From assembly GCA_028534125.1 (NCBI GenBank), contig CM052817.1, positions 37,760,001-37,824,000 of the forward strand: a stretch of DNA of 64,000 nucleotides. The letters are read 5' to 3'. The position numbers and the translations under genes were made by a program. The DNA is from Lama glama (lineage: Eukaryota). How positions within the stretch are numbered: the stretch's first letter is position 1; each line of letters starts with the position of its first letter. This document shows, piece by piece, positions 1-13,960 of this stretch. The notes under the pieces were generated by a model. It was not told the DNA's origin. It did not search any database and worked only from the letters and a program-made list of their open reading frames with translations.

Positions 1-570
1 TAGAGTGGAAGGAAGTATCTGCAGATGAAGATTTCTGGATAACTGTCAAGCTGTGTTCACTCACTTATTTATCCTTCATTTATACGGCCCGTCAGGCTTC
101 TTTGGGACGCTCACTCTTTGTCAAGTACAGTATTAGTCAATACTTTGCCTTCAGCACCCTTTCTCGCTTTGTGAACTAAAGTGAGGTGCAGTGGGGTGAG
201 CTGGTCAAGGGCGATGATGAAGGAAGAAAAGACATATTTTCAGGGACCAGTATGACATTTGGTGCAAGAAAATATTCTTAGTATGTTCTTCCAGAGATAA
301 TAGATAATAGAAATTGCTGAATAACATTTAGACACATCTATGCTTTTTGAGGGACAACTGTTGAGCCTCTGTTAATAATAAGTTCAATTTAAATATTTTG
401 TTTGGGTTTCATTTCACTATACAATAATAGGTAAATTAATTTGTATTGTTTTTTAAAAGCAGTATATATGGACCAGCCTTGGAATGTCTCAATTATTGTA
501 TGTACAAGCTATTTTAACACTGATTAATCGCTCGCAGAGATTGTCCCCCAACAATCTGTAGAATTTTCCA

Positions 571-939
571 TATTAACCAAGAAAAAAATTAGCCAAATGT
601 GGCATTAAATTAATTGAGCAAGAGACCATTGCACTGCGGTGGCCTTAATGCCATGTGGCCTGAGTAAGCAAAACAAAATCTAAATCTGCAGATGCCTCAA
701 GGTTACAAAATCAGAAAGCTTAGGACAACTAATCACAAATGGCCAACTAGGCCTTAAGCTATAGCCAGTCAAGTAGTTTCCTTTCTTTATTTTTGTACTT
801 TCTCTGAATATGTCTTTCCCTTGGCTCCTGTCTGCAGAGCACCCTTAACCACTTCTGGTTTGGTGCTGCCTCATCTAAATCAATTTTTGCTCAAATAAAC
901 TTCTACTATTTTAAATATGTCTCAGATTATCTTTAAACA
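571..939 (+). mobile_element. Solo LTR, ERV1-class
   Basis: LTR-like composition; AATAAA near 894; ends ...CTTTAAACA; decayed TG start. Family not assigned. Confidence 0.6.
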
Positions 940-1149
940 ATTTGTATATAGCTATTTCATTCATTTCTAACAAATAATTACTGAATGTGTGTGATGTGCC
1001 AAAAACATTCAGAGGTGAATGAAATTGAATTCTTAATGGAAATAAATACAAGATACACTGTAAAGTTAAACCTCTGTAGGAACAAGTTGTTAGTCATTCT
1101 TTGGAGGTTAACAAGTCACATTGAATCACTTCACTTCTCTGGAACTTTG

Positions 1150-1535
1150 CCTTCCCAAACAGAGGATGGGTCCCTGCGGTTATGTAATGAGCAAGGGGTG
1201 GCCACCAGAGCCAAGGAGAGCCTGAACCAGTTTGGAGTCCCTCTAATGAGGGTTGGTAATTGGGACACAGAAATGTAGATCTGTTGATAAACTTGCTGGA
1301 GCTGGGAGGTGTGGCTGTGTTTGGGTCAGGAGTGTGAAGGAGCAGAAAGAACTAGGCAGAGAGTGCAGGAAGAGAGATTATTTCCTGGTCACTTTCCAAT
1401 TCTAAGAGTCAGCTATGTGATTCTGAGTGTACTTTCTGCCTTTGAGTTCCTTGAGATACTTTTGATATAATTTTTTTCTTTTTAAATAAAAAATCTCTCT
1501 GTACTCATTCCAGTTTGAGTGGAATTCTTGCCAAA
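1150..1535 (+). mobile_element. Possible old LTR fragment
   Basis: Purine-rich body, then AATAAA and CCAGTTTGAGTGGA, resembling old MaLR-type LTR 3' ends; highly diverged. Confidence 0.3.
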
Positions 1536-3170
1536 TCTTCACAGTAGTTCACTCATTTCCTCTTTTTGAAAAACTCAATCCCACTGCTCTGTGGTAGCAT
1601 CTACTAAGGTTGATATGTGGTATCTATTCAAATATGACTGGTTTTGACTTCCTCCAAATAGAAACACAGCATTTGTGGTTTCAACCAATTTTAAGACCAC
1701 TATTTCTAAACAAGAAATTTTAGAAAGACTTCAAACTTTTCCCAGGTTCTAGACATCACTTCTAAAGAAACAGCATTTTCATTGCTGAATGAAGTGTATC
1801 AGAAATGACATTATTTCCCATGAAAAATGCCAGGGAATGTCTTCTCCTTACATGGCTGTCTGTATAATGCTTTTACACATTTCTGAATCTTACCCTGTGT
1901 TTCCAGCCTGCAATTTTATCTTTTCTCTGTGTTTTTTTTTTTTTTAGCCTTGTCTAAGTAAAATGCCAAACCACTCCTCTTAGATGGTCACAAATGTGTA
2001 ACTGAGTAAACCTGTTAAGCCATAAGTACTTCAAGATTTTTTAACAGGATCCATAAATATCATTTAGAATTGTTTTTAATAGTTTAAAAACACTGTGGGA
2101 AAATAAAATTATAGAAGACATATTATTAGGCTACTGAAAAATGTATTTAAATTAACTAAAATGAACTCCTGTTATCAAGATAAGTTTGTGTACTTCTCAG
2201 AGTTCTAGTTTTCTAAAAAGGAAAACTCTTTAACTAGGAACATTTATCACTTTAAAGGTTAAAAACAGCTGAAATTAGGATTTGATCTATGATGCACTTC
2301 AGCCTCCTGTGCTGTAACTCAATTTGATACATACAGGTTTATTATGACAGTTGGTTTATTTCTGATGAATGTTGCTATGAAAATTTCTCAATACCACAAC
2401 AAACCCTCTAAACTCTTAAACACCAATGACTGTAATTTTATTCAAAGGCAAAATTCTTGAATTACTCTGAGTTCCACATATTTCATTTACACTTTCATTT
2501 TCTACAATGATCCTTCTTGATTCATATTAGAGGATTACCCAGGAATCACCTGGGTTCATCTTTGTTAAAAAAAATAAAAGTGAAAACATAGCAGATGCAT
2601 TATAGTAATTATATAACAACTTCTGCTGCAGGCAAAAAGAATCTTTCAGACATTTTAATTAAGCCAGTGGTGTTTCAGCATGCTAACAAATACACTTCAT
2701 TTGATCTTCACAAAATCTATATTATAGCATACATAATCACAGGAATAATGTAGTAAAGTGCTTTACATTTTGAGGAAACAACCTTTTTCTTATAATCAAC
2801 TTTATTTTAAATTATAAATTTCTACTTTTCAAATAAATTCAGGGAGGTAAGTGTGATTTAAAGAAGACACGAGAGGCCAATTATTTTGAGAAGAGATGGA
2901 TTTAGATATACGCTTCCACTAGATTCAGTCTTCATGGATTTGTCTTTTATTTTGCAAGAATAGATCAGTAAAACACTTATGAAATAAAAATTTTTCCTTA
3001 ATGATAACATCTCCGTAGTATCAAATTCTATTGCAATTGTACTATAAGAACTAAATATTTTAATTCTTAATAAGTAATAAAATATTAATAAATATTTTAG
3101 TAAGACTTAAACTTGCAACTGGCTTTCTTTTGGTGACTGTAATAGCCACTAATCTTAATTTCTAGATTTT

Positions 3171-3302
3171 TTTGGTTTGTTTTATGAGGGGGAGGTAATT
3201 AGATTTATTTATTAATTTATATTTGGGGGAGGTACTGAGGATTGAACCCAGGACCTTGTACATGCTAGGCATGCACTCTACCACTTGAGCTATACCCTCC
3301 CC
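3171..3302 (-). mobile_element. tRNA-derived SINE (camelid vic-1-like)
   Basis: Reverse strand reads GGGGAGGGTATAGCTCAAGTGGTAGAGTGCATGCC...GGGTTCAATCCTCAGTACCTCC (A/B boxes); perfect TSD AATTTCTAGATTTT at 3157-3170 and 3305-3318. Confidence 0.9.
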
Positions 3303-4699
3303 TAAATTTCTAGATTTTGAGTAGTCTGACTTTTAGTTTACTTGGCATTCTTTTATGATTGTTTCACCTCACATTTTACTATCTCCTATGATGACATTTT
3401 TTAGAAGTCTCTTTCTATAGGAGGGTCTTCTATATGCAAAGTAATTCCCCCTACTCGCATTCAGTTCTTTCCCTTGGCACTGAATAGTTATGAATCCTTT
3501 TGCTTGCAAAGGTAGAATAAAGAAGGAACAAAATATGGGATGAGAGAAAAGGAAGGAAGCAGAAAAATAAAGGAGATAAAATGGGAACAGGTGAAGAATT
3601 TTATTTTACAGAAGGAGGTATAAATAGAAACATTAACTTTGGAGAAAATGGGTAGAATGAATGAATTAATAAATACTAAAATAAAAAGATAGCATAGGGT
3701 AAAGCAGATATCCCATATCGTTTATTTTAGTTAAAGGAAACACAATCTCATGAATACAAAGAAGTTAAATTCTTCTGGAAGATGTTAATGTCAAAATATC
3801 TATTCAGACTTGTCATGCATTAGATAAAAACATAATCTTGCACTGTGAAAATATTCTGAGATATTTCTTTTGTAAAGAATTTTCTAGGACAGGAAGCTCC
3901 AAATGACATCAACTTCATGTTTCAATTACAAACCAAATTAAAATTATTTTAGAATAAAAATGGGATGCATCTTCATTTAGAAGCCAGATGTCTTATTAAA
4001 TATAATTTCCTCTGTTGGCTGCTTTATATTAAGGGCAGATTTCAAACAAGAACAGCTTCTATGAAATGTAATTATACCCCTTCTGTAGCTTTCATGGTCA
4101 TGGAGGCTGGAATATGAAAGTACTTGACAAACAAATCCGCAAAACAGTTTTCTTTTTCCCCTATAAAGAAGTTGCTTAAATCCAATCAGCTATCATTTTC
4201 CTTCCCTATTCCAGAACATTGTATTGCCTAGATTATGTTGGATTGATTGATATATCCATTCAGAGTTTCCTGTTGTGGTTTTTAGAAAAAGCCTCTCATT
4301 GCCCTATCCAACATTCAGCCATTGAATACTGGGAGAATGTACATTTTTTATAATTTTCTTAGTCTCATGAATGCTTTGAAACGGATGCAGTACCATTAAA
4401 GTCAGAAGAATAAACTACATCTGGTGCTCAGCAGTTAGAGTTCTTTTTGTTTCTTTCTTATGTGCACATGCTGGTGAAAAAACAATTTCTTTTGCTTATT
4501 GATTATTCTGGTTTCTACTCTGTACCCTCTTTTAAAAAAATTCTTAAGGCATCTATCTCCCAATGTGAGGTATTTACTGTCTTTTTTCTGCTACTTATGC
4601 TTACTGAAATTGGAAATTATTGGCAAACCTTCGCAATAAGTGATTGCCTGCTTATTAAAATAAAGTTTACTCAGGTGCTCTCTGCATTGTCCAGTGGAC

Positions 4700-5080
4700 A
4701 GAACCATAGAATCCAGAAGCTGTCTGCCTACCTGGTCCAAAAAACCTGCCTACTGCTCTTGTTCTAGGGATTCATACACATCATGTCTGGACACTGGGGA
4801 GGAGCTCATGACTTGCCAGGTAGCCATTCCACCTTTGGACAACTCTGTTAGATAATTCTCTGTTAGATTGTGTGCAGTCTTCCTGAGGCTGCCATGTATT
4901 GATCACAGTTCTACCTAATGGCAACATATAGACACTTTCTTCTGTTTCCCACGTAACAACCCTTCACATATTTGAAGGCAGCTGTTTTGCCATTTGAGTC
5001 TTTTCTTTCACAGATTTAACATTCCCAGTTCCTTTACTTGTATTTTATAGGAATCCTCTGACCAGTGTGATCAGTCTGGA
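4700..5080 (-). mobile_element. CR1/L3 LINE fragment
   Basis: Motifs AGCCATTCCACCTTTGGACAACTCTGTTAG and CCCTTCACATATTTGAAGGCAGCT resemble the antisense CR1/L3 3' region. Confidence 0.5.
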
Positions 5081-5271
5081 ATTCTAATCCTACATCTGCT
5101 AGAAAGTTGATATGACTTGAGTTCTGTTGCTGTTTTTATCAAGACATTTTGAGAATGATTCTGTTTCAACTTTTTAAACCAACGGTTTATTTTTCTATTT
5201 AATAAGGCCCTCTTTAAAATCTGTTCTGTGTTATGAAATGTTCAAAATGCAAAATAGTAAGTGTACCCAGT

Positions 5272-5878
5272 TGTCAAATAAAAACAAACGCAGACTTGGT
5301 GAAGAAAGACTTTGAGAGGGCTATTGCATGGTGGGGAAAGGGATTACTGCAGCGGGCAGAACGTTTTGACCGTAAGATCTGCAAGCACCTCAAGCATCAT
5401 GCCAAAAGAGATTTTGTTTATAGAAAGGAGTAGCAAGGCTAGAGAGAATGGTGTAGGGAAGTGAGATGAAAAGGTAGCAAAATGGGATAGGAGATTAGAG
5501 AACGTTCTGCTCTAAGGCCAGTCTGTTCTCTGGAGGGCCTGGAGCAGAAAGGAGTACCTGTCTGCGGGCCAAAGTTGAGACACCTGGAAGTAGGAGAGAA
5601 GTTAACCATAGTTTAACCAGCCTTTTGTTCCAACAGATCAGTGGGGACAAGCAGTCCACCTTATCAGTTATGAGACAAAGAATGGGAATTTGGAAGGTCT
5701 GTATCTGGCCATGTCTAAGGTAAACAAGGGTGCCATCTGTGCATCTTACCTAATTTACGCGGGACCAGTAGTTCTTTGCATTAAGCCATTTTCCATAATA
5801 CAAAAGAATGAGTGGGTGGGTTTTTGTTTTTAGACATTTTTGGTTACCAGGATCACAGGGCTCTAGTAAAACTCAACA
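5272..5878 (-). mobile_element. Solo LTR, ERV1-class (MER67-like)
   Basis: TGTC...AACA termini; minus strand begins TGTTGAGTTTTACTAGAGCCCTGTG; about 600 bp. Confidence 0.65.
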
Positions 5879-6219
5879 TCGTTACTATTCACCACTTGAT
5901 TTCACGGATGTCAACGTTTTGGGCCATAGTTACTTCAGAAACATTATTCAAATAATATACTCCAGAGACAATGAATCCTTGCAACCTATTTCATTTCCTT
6001 ATTTTTCTCCCCAGATTTATCCACTATACTGAGATACATATGTATCTCTCTTTGCTTTTAGACTTCGCTGCTTATATATGGTCCATCAAACACAAACACA
6101 CACAGAATATTGTTTAATGTATTTAAATTTGCTAAGTGGTATCATGCAGTCTATCCATACCTATCTATCTCTAACCTAGCCTCTATCACTGTATCTGTAT
6201 TTATATCTGTATCTATCTC

Positions 6220-7352
6220 ACTGTGTAGGAGGGTTCCTTTTTCTCCACACCCTCTCCAACATTTATTATTTGTAGACTTTTTAATGATGGCCTTTCTGAC
6301 TGGTGTGAGGTGATACCTCATTGTGGTTTTGATTTGCATTTCTCTAATAATTAGCAACATTGAGCGTCTTTTCATGTGCCTGTTGGCCATCTGGATGTCT
6401 TCTCTGGAGAAATGTCTATTTAGGTCTTCTGCCCATTTTTTTGGATATTAAGCTGTGTGAGTTGTTTGTATATTTTGAAAATTAGTCCCTTGTTTGTCAC
6501 ATCATTTGCAAATACTTTCTTCCATTCTGTAGGTCGTCTTTTTGTTTTGTTTATTGTTTCCTTTGCTGTGCAAAAGCTTTTAAGTTTAATTAGGTCCCAT
6601 TTGTTTATTTTTGCTTTTATTTTCATTACTCTAGAAGCTGGTTTGAAAAAAATACTGCTGCAATTTATGTCAAAGAGTGTTCTGCCTATGTTTTCCTCTG
6701 GGAGTTTTATAGTATCTGGTCTTACATTTAGGTCCATTAATCCATATTGAGTTTATTTTTATACATGTGTTAGAGAATGCTCTAATTTTATTCTTTACAT
6801 GTAGCTGTCCAGTTTTCCCAGCATCACTTATTGAAGAGACTGTCTTTTCTCCATTGTATATTCTTTCCTCCTTTGTCATAGATTTATTGATGATAAGTCC
6901 ATGAGTTTATTTCTGGACTTTATATCCTGTTCCATTGATCTATATGTCTGTTTCTGTGCCAGTACCATGCTGTTTTGATTACTGTGGCTTTGTAGTATAA
7001 CCTGAAGACAGGGAGTGTGATTCTTCCAGCTACGTTCTTCTTTCTCAAGATTGTTTTGGCTATTCAGGGTCTTTTGTGTTTCCATACAAATTTTAACATT
7101 TTTTATTCCAGTTATGTGAAAAATGTCATTGGCAATTTGATAGGGATTGCATTGAATTTGTATATTGCCTTGGGTAGTATGGCCATTTGAACAATATTGA
7201 TTCTTCCAGTCCAAGAACATGGTATAGCTTTCCATCAATTTGTGTCATCTTCAATTTGTTTCATCAGTGTCTTATAGTTTTTGAAGTACAGGTCCTTTGC
7301 CTCCTTAAGTAGGTTTATTACTAGGTATTTTATTCTTTTTAATGCAATGGTA
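6220..7352 (-). mobile_element. LINE-1 ORF2 C-terminal fragment, frameshifted
   Basis: Minus-strand ORFs translate to L1 ORF2p motifs ([53 protein letters not shown]). Confidence 0.95.
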
Positions 7353-7389
7353 TGCTTTTATAGTTTTTAAATTTGAATGTAGCTAAGTG

Positions 7390-7940
7390 TTTTAGTCAGC
7401 CTAAGATAAATCATGCCGTGGTAAGAGAACGCCCAAATTTCAGCATTTACTGCAATAAAGGTTTACTTTTTACTCACATTCACATGGGTTGACAGGCCCT
7501 GCTTCACATTTTTTTCAGTCCAGGGATCATAGCTGAAGATGTAGTTCTTATTTTGGACATGCCAGTCTTATAGCAGAGAGAAGAGAGAGATTGCAGACTC
7601 ATAGGAAGGCTCTTAAAGCTTCTGTTTGCAGGCAGCACATATTTTTAAAAAACTGAAGTATAGTTGATTTACAGTGTTGTGTTTGTGATATACAGCATAG
7701 TGATTCAGTCATACATATACACGTACATATTCTTTTTCATTATAGGTTATTACAAGATAATGAATATAGTTCCCTATAATAGACAGTAGGACCTTGCTGT
7801 TTATTGGCACATGTCACTTTTTACCTGTATTTTACTGGCCAAAGCAAGTACATGGAGTTAGGGTATATAGTTTCTCACAGGTGAACCTGGTAGAGAGTGG
7901 GGCAGCAAATATTTTCATAATGATACAGTCTGCCACACCA
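7390..7940 (-). mobile_element. Old MaLR LTR (MLT1-type) interrupted by a short L1 3' end
   Basis: MLT1-like motifs on both sides of the L1 insert (AATAAAGGTTTACTTTTTACTCACA; CTGGCCAAAGCAAGT). Confidence 0.5.
7642..7805 (-). mobile_element. 5'-truncated L1 3' end
   Basis: T-run followed by GAAGTATAGTTGATTTACAGTGTTGTG, the L1 3'-UTR terminus that recurs across the window. Confidence 0.85.
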
Positions 7941-8295
7941 AGTTCTCCAATCCCTTTCTTTGTGGTTTGTGCTTTTTATGCCCTGTTGAAATAATTCCCT
8001 AACTAAATGTCATGAAAGTATTCTCATATATGCACTCTGAAAGACTTTATTTTTACACTTGTGTTTTTCATCTGTCTGGAATTTATTTTTGGGTATGATG
8101 TGAGATCGATATCTAAGTTTATTTTATTTTTTCTTATGGATAATCAAATATGCCTACCAGCACTCGGCCAGTCTGTCCTTCTTCCTCTGATATTTTTAAT
8201 GTGATCTGTGCCATATATCCAGGTCCCAGATAAATGTGATCTCTTTCTGGTGTCTCCAGTAGATTCTGTTTGTTTGTGTATGCCTATGCCAGTTA

Positions 8296-8358
8296 CTCTC
8301 TGTGTCTCTGTCTCTGTCTCTCTGTCTCTCTCTCTGTCTCTCTCTCTCTATATATATA
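8296..8358. repeat. (TC/TCTG)n-(TA)n microsatellite
   Basis: Seen directly. Confidence 0.9.
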
Positions 8359-9063
8359 ATTTATAAATATACCCAACCACGGTTTAGCCTTGGGAATTTA
8401 ATTACTGAAGGGAGACTTTTTCCTCTATGTTGGGTTGAGTTTTTTTTTTTTTTTTTCAACCTTAAGTTTCCTATCTTGGAGAAAGCCTTTTCCAGGACTT
8501 GGTTTTCTGTGCCATGTCTCCTGGCCCTGCCCTCCAGATCCATAACATTGGCTTCTTTTGTCACATCTCTGGCTTTGAGTTTTTGCTTCATTTCTGGCAC
8601 TTGAGATTTACCTTTTAAATTTATTATTATTACTTAGCTATGTAAACTAATTTGGGGGTTATATTTTATCCAGTATTTTGTTATTTTGTAACATGAGGGG
8701 AGTCTGTACGTCTCAGTCTGCCCTGTTCCTGAAACCCACTGGAGACGTTAAAAGTTGAAAGTCTATGATACTCAAATGAGGGAAGATCTAATGGTAGATT
8801 TAATAATAATTTGATTGATAAAAGAAATATTCTATAGATCACAAATCTTCCCAGAGATTCTCAAATTACGTATAAACAACTAGCTTTCAAAATTAATTAA
8901 AAAGCTGTCTGTTACCTAAGCTATTTTGATAGGCAAGCTTAGCTTATAGGAAATTCTCTGACTTTGTTCCTTGTCATGGTGTGTTGAATTTCATGTCTCT
9001 GCCAACTTTCTCTATTTATTCTCAATAAATATCAGAAACAAACTGAAAGAAGCTTTCAGGTTT

Positions 9064-9066
<3 letters not shown>

Positions 9067-9098
<32 letters not shown>

Positions 9099-9123
9099 TA
9101 TGTGTGTACATGCACACGTGTGT
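9067..9123. repeat. (TG)n microsatellite with degenerate tail
   Basis: Seen directly. Confidence 0.95.
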
Positions 9124-9514
9124 AAGAGTGCATGCAGAGGGGAAGGAGGAAGTGGGAATTAGGGAGGGAAAGGGAAGAAGGAGAGAAATTTTTCTTTTGC
9201 TCCTTCTCTTTCCCCACAGCTACTGTCCTGCCTGCAATAATTTCTCTCACCTGCAATCTCTGAGTGAAAGTGAAGGTTATGTGTAACCCATATGTCTGAT
9301 GCCTGTGTAGGCTCTAACCACTTAATATAAAGGTCTCATTACTCAGCTTCCCCAAACGAGGATCACTCTGCTTTAGTATATTTGCGCTGCACGTTAGCCA
9401 TTCCTGGTTCTGCCTGTTCTCTAATACTGTTTAGTTCCTAACTGTGGTTATGTTCTGCCCTTGGCCTCTGCATACTCTGCTTTAGCACTTGACTTAGTTA
9501 TAACGTGCATACGT

Positions 9515-9675
9515 GTGCACGCTCTGGAGCCAGATGATCTGTTTTCAAATCCTGGCTTGACGCTTATCAACTATAGGATTTTGGGTATCTCACTTAATCT
9601 TTCTGTATTTCAGTCTCCTCACCTATAAAGTGGTTAAAATGAATCGCTAACTCATGGGGTTGTTGTGAGGGTTAT
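9515..9675 (+). mobile_element. MIR SINE
   Basis: GCTCTGGAGCCAGA...TTCAAATCCTGGCT...CTCACTTAATCTTTCTG...TTGTGAGGGTTA, MIR core. Confidence 0.75.
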
Positions 9676-10129
9676 GTAGTGAGGGGGTTGTCTGATATCC
9701 TCAGATTTTGTTTCTATTTTTGTGCACACATGTTCCAGATGAGCTGTCACTCCCCATCCAGCACTGGGTGTCTCTATTGTCAACTACGTTTGTCTGTACT
9801 TAAGACTCAAAAGTACTTGGGAATTTATGTCTTTGTCTCCCTAATCCTCGACCTCTAACCAATGACTGATAGCTGTAGAGTATAAATAACTCCATCTTCC
9901 TTGCCTCCTAACCATCAGATACACTGGGTGACATAATCCTGAGGTATGTTTTACACTAAAGCTCCTGTGGGATCGCGTTCCCCTGACGTGGCTCACAACT
10001 TTGCTTGGCCTCCTTCACTTTCAGGTCCTGCTTCACCACTCCCGCCTTTCCTGAAAACACTTTTTATTAAATTACCTTCATGTAAATCCTCGCCCCAGGG
10101 TCTTTCCCAAGGGAAGTCAAATTAAAGCA
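9676..10129 (+). mobile_element. ERVL solo LTR (LTR16-like)
   Basis: TGTAG start; 3' part ATTAAATTACCTTCATGTAAATCCTCGCCCCAGGGTCT resembles LTR16-family ends. Confidence 0.6.
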
Positions 10130-11431
10130 GTTTATTTGATTTCCTACCTACGTAGGATGTTTCCACATAGTATGCCATGTAAATGTTGGCTTTATTATTC
10201 ATGCCATTACTGTGCTAGTCTCAGGCAGGATGGTTTGGTGAAGGTCCCCTTTTCTTCACTGCATCACCCCCAGAATATATATCTTGTTATATCTAATAAC
10301 TCACAACAGGACTGCCAGTACAAGGCTGTCATGTACCAGCTTTCCAGAAGGTTTGGGATTAACAGTGTAGGGCACGAAAACTTAAAACTAGATGATGAAT
10401 ACAACTTATTTGTAGAGTCAAGAGGACTCTACAAATAAGCAGAGTCTGGCCTTGCCTCCTTCATTGGTGGTCTGTGCTTTTCTCGGATCCTGAATGGGGG
10501 CCAGCTCCTTTAAAATCCTTGTGATGTAAATTCCCACCCTCTTCGGAGAGTTCTGTCTACTCATAGGATCTTTCTAAAATGTGCCTTTGGATATGATCCT
10601 TTTCTCTGCGTGACTGAGGGTGAATAATACACCAGATTTACATCCAAGTAGCACGTCAGACACTAATTTCATAGCCTTTTACAATATTGGGAGAAGGAAA
10701 AAGAAGGAAATAACTTTTAATGAAAAAAATAGTTTTGAATTCAAGGACTGCAAGCATTAAAAGGATTTGGTCAGCCAACATATTGTTTTGTAAGCCAACA
10801 TTTTAATGTTCTTTTTGAAACAAAAGGAACAGTTTGCTTTAAGACTTGAGACATTAAATGTCAAGTTTAAACTCAGGGGTTGTAAGTGTTCAAATAGCTA
10901 TATTATATGAAATTCTAGAAAACTCGGTTTGCCATGGAAATGTCACTATGGCTGTAACTATGGGTAGCCTATTGTGGTTTTATTCCTGAGTGTAAAAAAA
11001 GCACTGAAATTCATACCCCAGGGGTAACTGAAGAGGCAAAGGCAGAGATAAATGAAGTGTTTCCATTATTCTAAAATAAACCTTTGTTTCCCCCACACCG
11101 TTTTCAGTTATAAATATAGTACTTTTGTTTTTCAAGTAGACTCTTGCACTTACAGAAGATTTCAATTTTGACAATTCTGAATGCTGGTGAATAATACTTA
11201 GCTTGGGTTTTGATGTATGTGGTATGAAAGAGTCATGTCAAAGTTTTGAGCTTTGGAGTGTCTGGGGATATTCTGGAATTTCCTACTCACAGCACTATAA
11301 ATTTAGAGAGAAAACGAAACCATTTCATACTGATTTTTTTGCTCAGAACTAACCTCCGTCATAAAGTTACTGAACTCTAAGAGATATTTGCTATTTGTAG
11401 TTGTAATGTTCGGGGACAGGATTTGACATCG

Positions 11432-12030
11432 TGCATTAGTTTTCTATTGCTGCTCTAATAAATTGCCACAAACCTAGAGGCTTGAAACAATGTGCATTTA
11501 TTATCTCACAGTTTCCATGGATTAGAAGTTCAGGTACAACTTAGCAAGGTTCTTTTCTCAGGGTTTCACAAGACTGCAGTCAAAGTGCCAGCTGGGCTGC
11601 ATTTCTTTCTGGAGCTCAGGGTCCTTTTCCAAGCTCCTGTGATTGTTGGAAGAATTTGGGTCCAAGAGGTTATGGGACTGAAGGACTCACTTTCTTGCTG
11701 GCAATTAGCCAAGGCAACTCTCAGCTCCTAAGGGTCTCCCACAGTGCTTGACACAAGGCCCTCTTACAACATGGCAGCATAGTTCAAGGCCAGCAGGAGA
11801 ATCACTCCCTCCAGTCTGAGAGACATTCTTATATAATGCAGCATAATCACAGGGTGACTATACACCATCACTTTTGCCATATAATGTAGCCTAACCAAGG
11901 GAGTGATTTTGCTATTACTCTTGCCATATTCTTTTAACTAAGAAGCAGGTCATGGTTTCTTCTGCACTAAAGGGGATTATGTAAAGGCATGCATTACTTA
12001 TTGGGGATCATGTTAGGAAGAGTCCACTGC
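11432..12030 (-). mobile_element. MaLR LTR (MLT1D/E-like)
   Basis: TGCATTAGTTTTCTATTGCTGCT...ATTTATTATCTCACAGTTTC is the antisense MLT1 3' end. Confidence 0.8.
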
Positions 12031-12439
12031 TCTTGGTATACCAAAACCTGTGTAAATAGGCTATATATCATATTAAAGTTGAACTAGGGTCTGGTAGTTT
12101 TTCCATTTTATGTCATGGTAAATTGAGATATAATTAAAACTTGTATTATGAAAACACACAGGTCATCGAGACTACTGATGATCTTGAATAAAGCATTCTT
12201 TAGCTTGAATTTATTTCTAAGTTCATAAAATAAGTAAGAGGTATATGTTACCTTCATGACCCTGATGACATTTGTACTGTCTTTTGATTAGTACCTGTTG
12301 GTCAGCCTATAGCTTCAGAAGATTTTGATGGATTACAGGGGTAGAAATCTTTCATAGAGGATTAGATTAGGAGATAAGAAAATGAGATTCCAAGAACAAT
12401 AGAGAAACAAGAGCCAGTTAGAAGATGCTATAGAAAAAT

Positions 12440-13735
12440 GCTTATTTGTAATAGTGATAAAAGATGAAATACCTAAAAATAAAATTTACAATAATTTACA
12501 AGATCTACATGAAACAAATTAAAATATTACTGAGGAACACAAGGAAGACTTGGACAAACGTTGAGGCATACCATGTTCATGGAAAGGAAGATTCAATATT
12601 ATGAAGCTGACATTTCTCCCTAAGTTAATATATAAATCTAAACTAAAATACTAATAGGATTTTTATTTTGTTTTAATTAGACAAGTTTACTCTGAAATCC
12701 ATATAGAAAAATGATTAAGAAATTATAGCCTGGAAAATTCTAACTATGAAAAAAATGAAAGAGATGATTTAGGCAGGATTTGCTGATCACATATTAATAT
12801 GTATATGCTATAATAAAGCTACATTAATTAAGTGTAGTTCTGGTATATGACAGAAAGAATAGAAAGTTATGAAATGCTGTCAAATATATATGGGGTTTTA
12901 ATGTAAAAGTGGTATTTGAAATTAATGGAGAAAAGATGCTTTATTTAATATGTTCTTAAGGGACAATTGGATAGCTTCTTAAAAGAAAGCATGGAGTATG
13001 ACCTTTGTCTCCCCCCCCACCCCAAGAAATCCATATTGGTCAAAGGCATAGTATTAACATATTGAAACTATTATGTAGCAGAGGAATCATGGGAGATGGT
13101 TTTATAACCTTGGTGTTTGGAAGGCCTTTATACAAATGACACTACCCTTCTGAAACCCACTAAAATGATGTAATTTAATTTTATAAAAAAATTAAAAATA
13201 TATAAACATAGAAAAATTATAAAACTGGAAACATTTGAAATGTATTAGACAAAAGTGCTGTTTTAATATATAAAATATTCTATAAATCAATAAAGAAAAA
13301 GGGCCATAGGCTAACAGAAAAGTAAGGAAACTTTATAAAAAAAGGAAATAAAAATGAAAACACTTCACTCATGATAAGAGGAAGACAAATATAAAACCAT
13401 AATAATACACTGCTCCTTTTCACTATATTAAGTTGGCAAAGAAAAGTTTGACAATACATGGTTAGCACAACATAAGGAAACTTACTCTCCTACATTACTG
13501 GGAAGAGTGTAATTTGATACAAACTTTTTGGAGAGTAACTTAGTAATATCTAGTTAACTAAGAAATTCATATAGCCTTTGATCCTGCTATATATTTTCAA
13601 TGTGTTGGTCCTAAAGTATATTGATACATGAGCAAAATGAATGTACAAGTATATTAATAACAGTGTTATTTATAATAGAAACTTTTGGAGATGATCCAAA
13701 TGCTCTTTAATAGAGTATTGTTTAAATGATTTGTG
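12440..13735 (+). mobile_element. Old L1 (L1ME-like) ORF2 and 3' region
   Basis: ATACCATGTTCATGGAAAGGAAGATTCAATATT and other diverged ORF2 motifs in L1 order. Confidence 0.75.
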
Positions 13736-13749
13736 AGGAAAATAAGAGC

Positions 13750-13960
13750 TTTTGGAAATATTTAGTGTGTGCTGAGTACCATTGTATGCACTTTACATAT
13801 ACAATTTAAGTCTCACGATAAATATATGAGGTGAGAGTGACTGTCATCCTCTTTTATAAAAGAGGAAACAGACTCAGAGAGGACAATAACTTGTTCCTGA
13901 TAAATAAGGAATCTGGGTCTCAAACTTAGGCTCCAGTGGTGACATATTCTCACTAGGCTA
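13750..13960 (-). mobile_element. MIR SINE
   Basis: GAGGAAACAGACTCAGAGAGG...TAACTTG antisense MIR core. Confidence 0.65.

Noticed and set aside
2821..2855. CAG|GGAG|GTAAGT 4-nt exon-like motif
   Set aside because: Poor pyrimidine tract and not frame-preserving; likely chance.
6110..7238. Cluster of overlapping ORFs
   Set aside because: Frameshifted L1 ORF2 fragments and their antisense, not a host gene.
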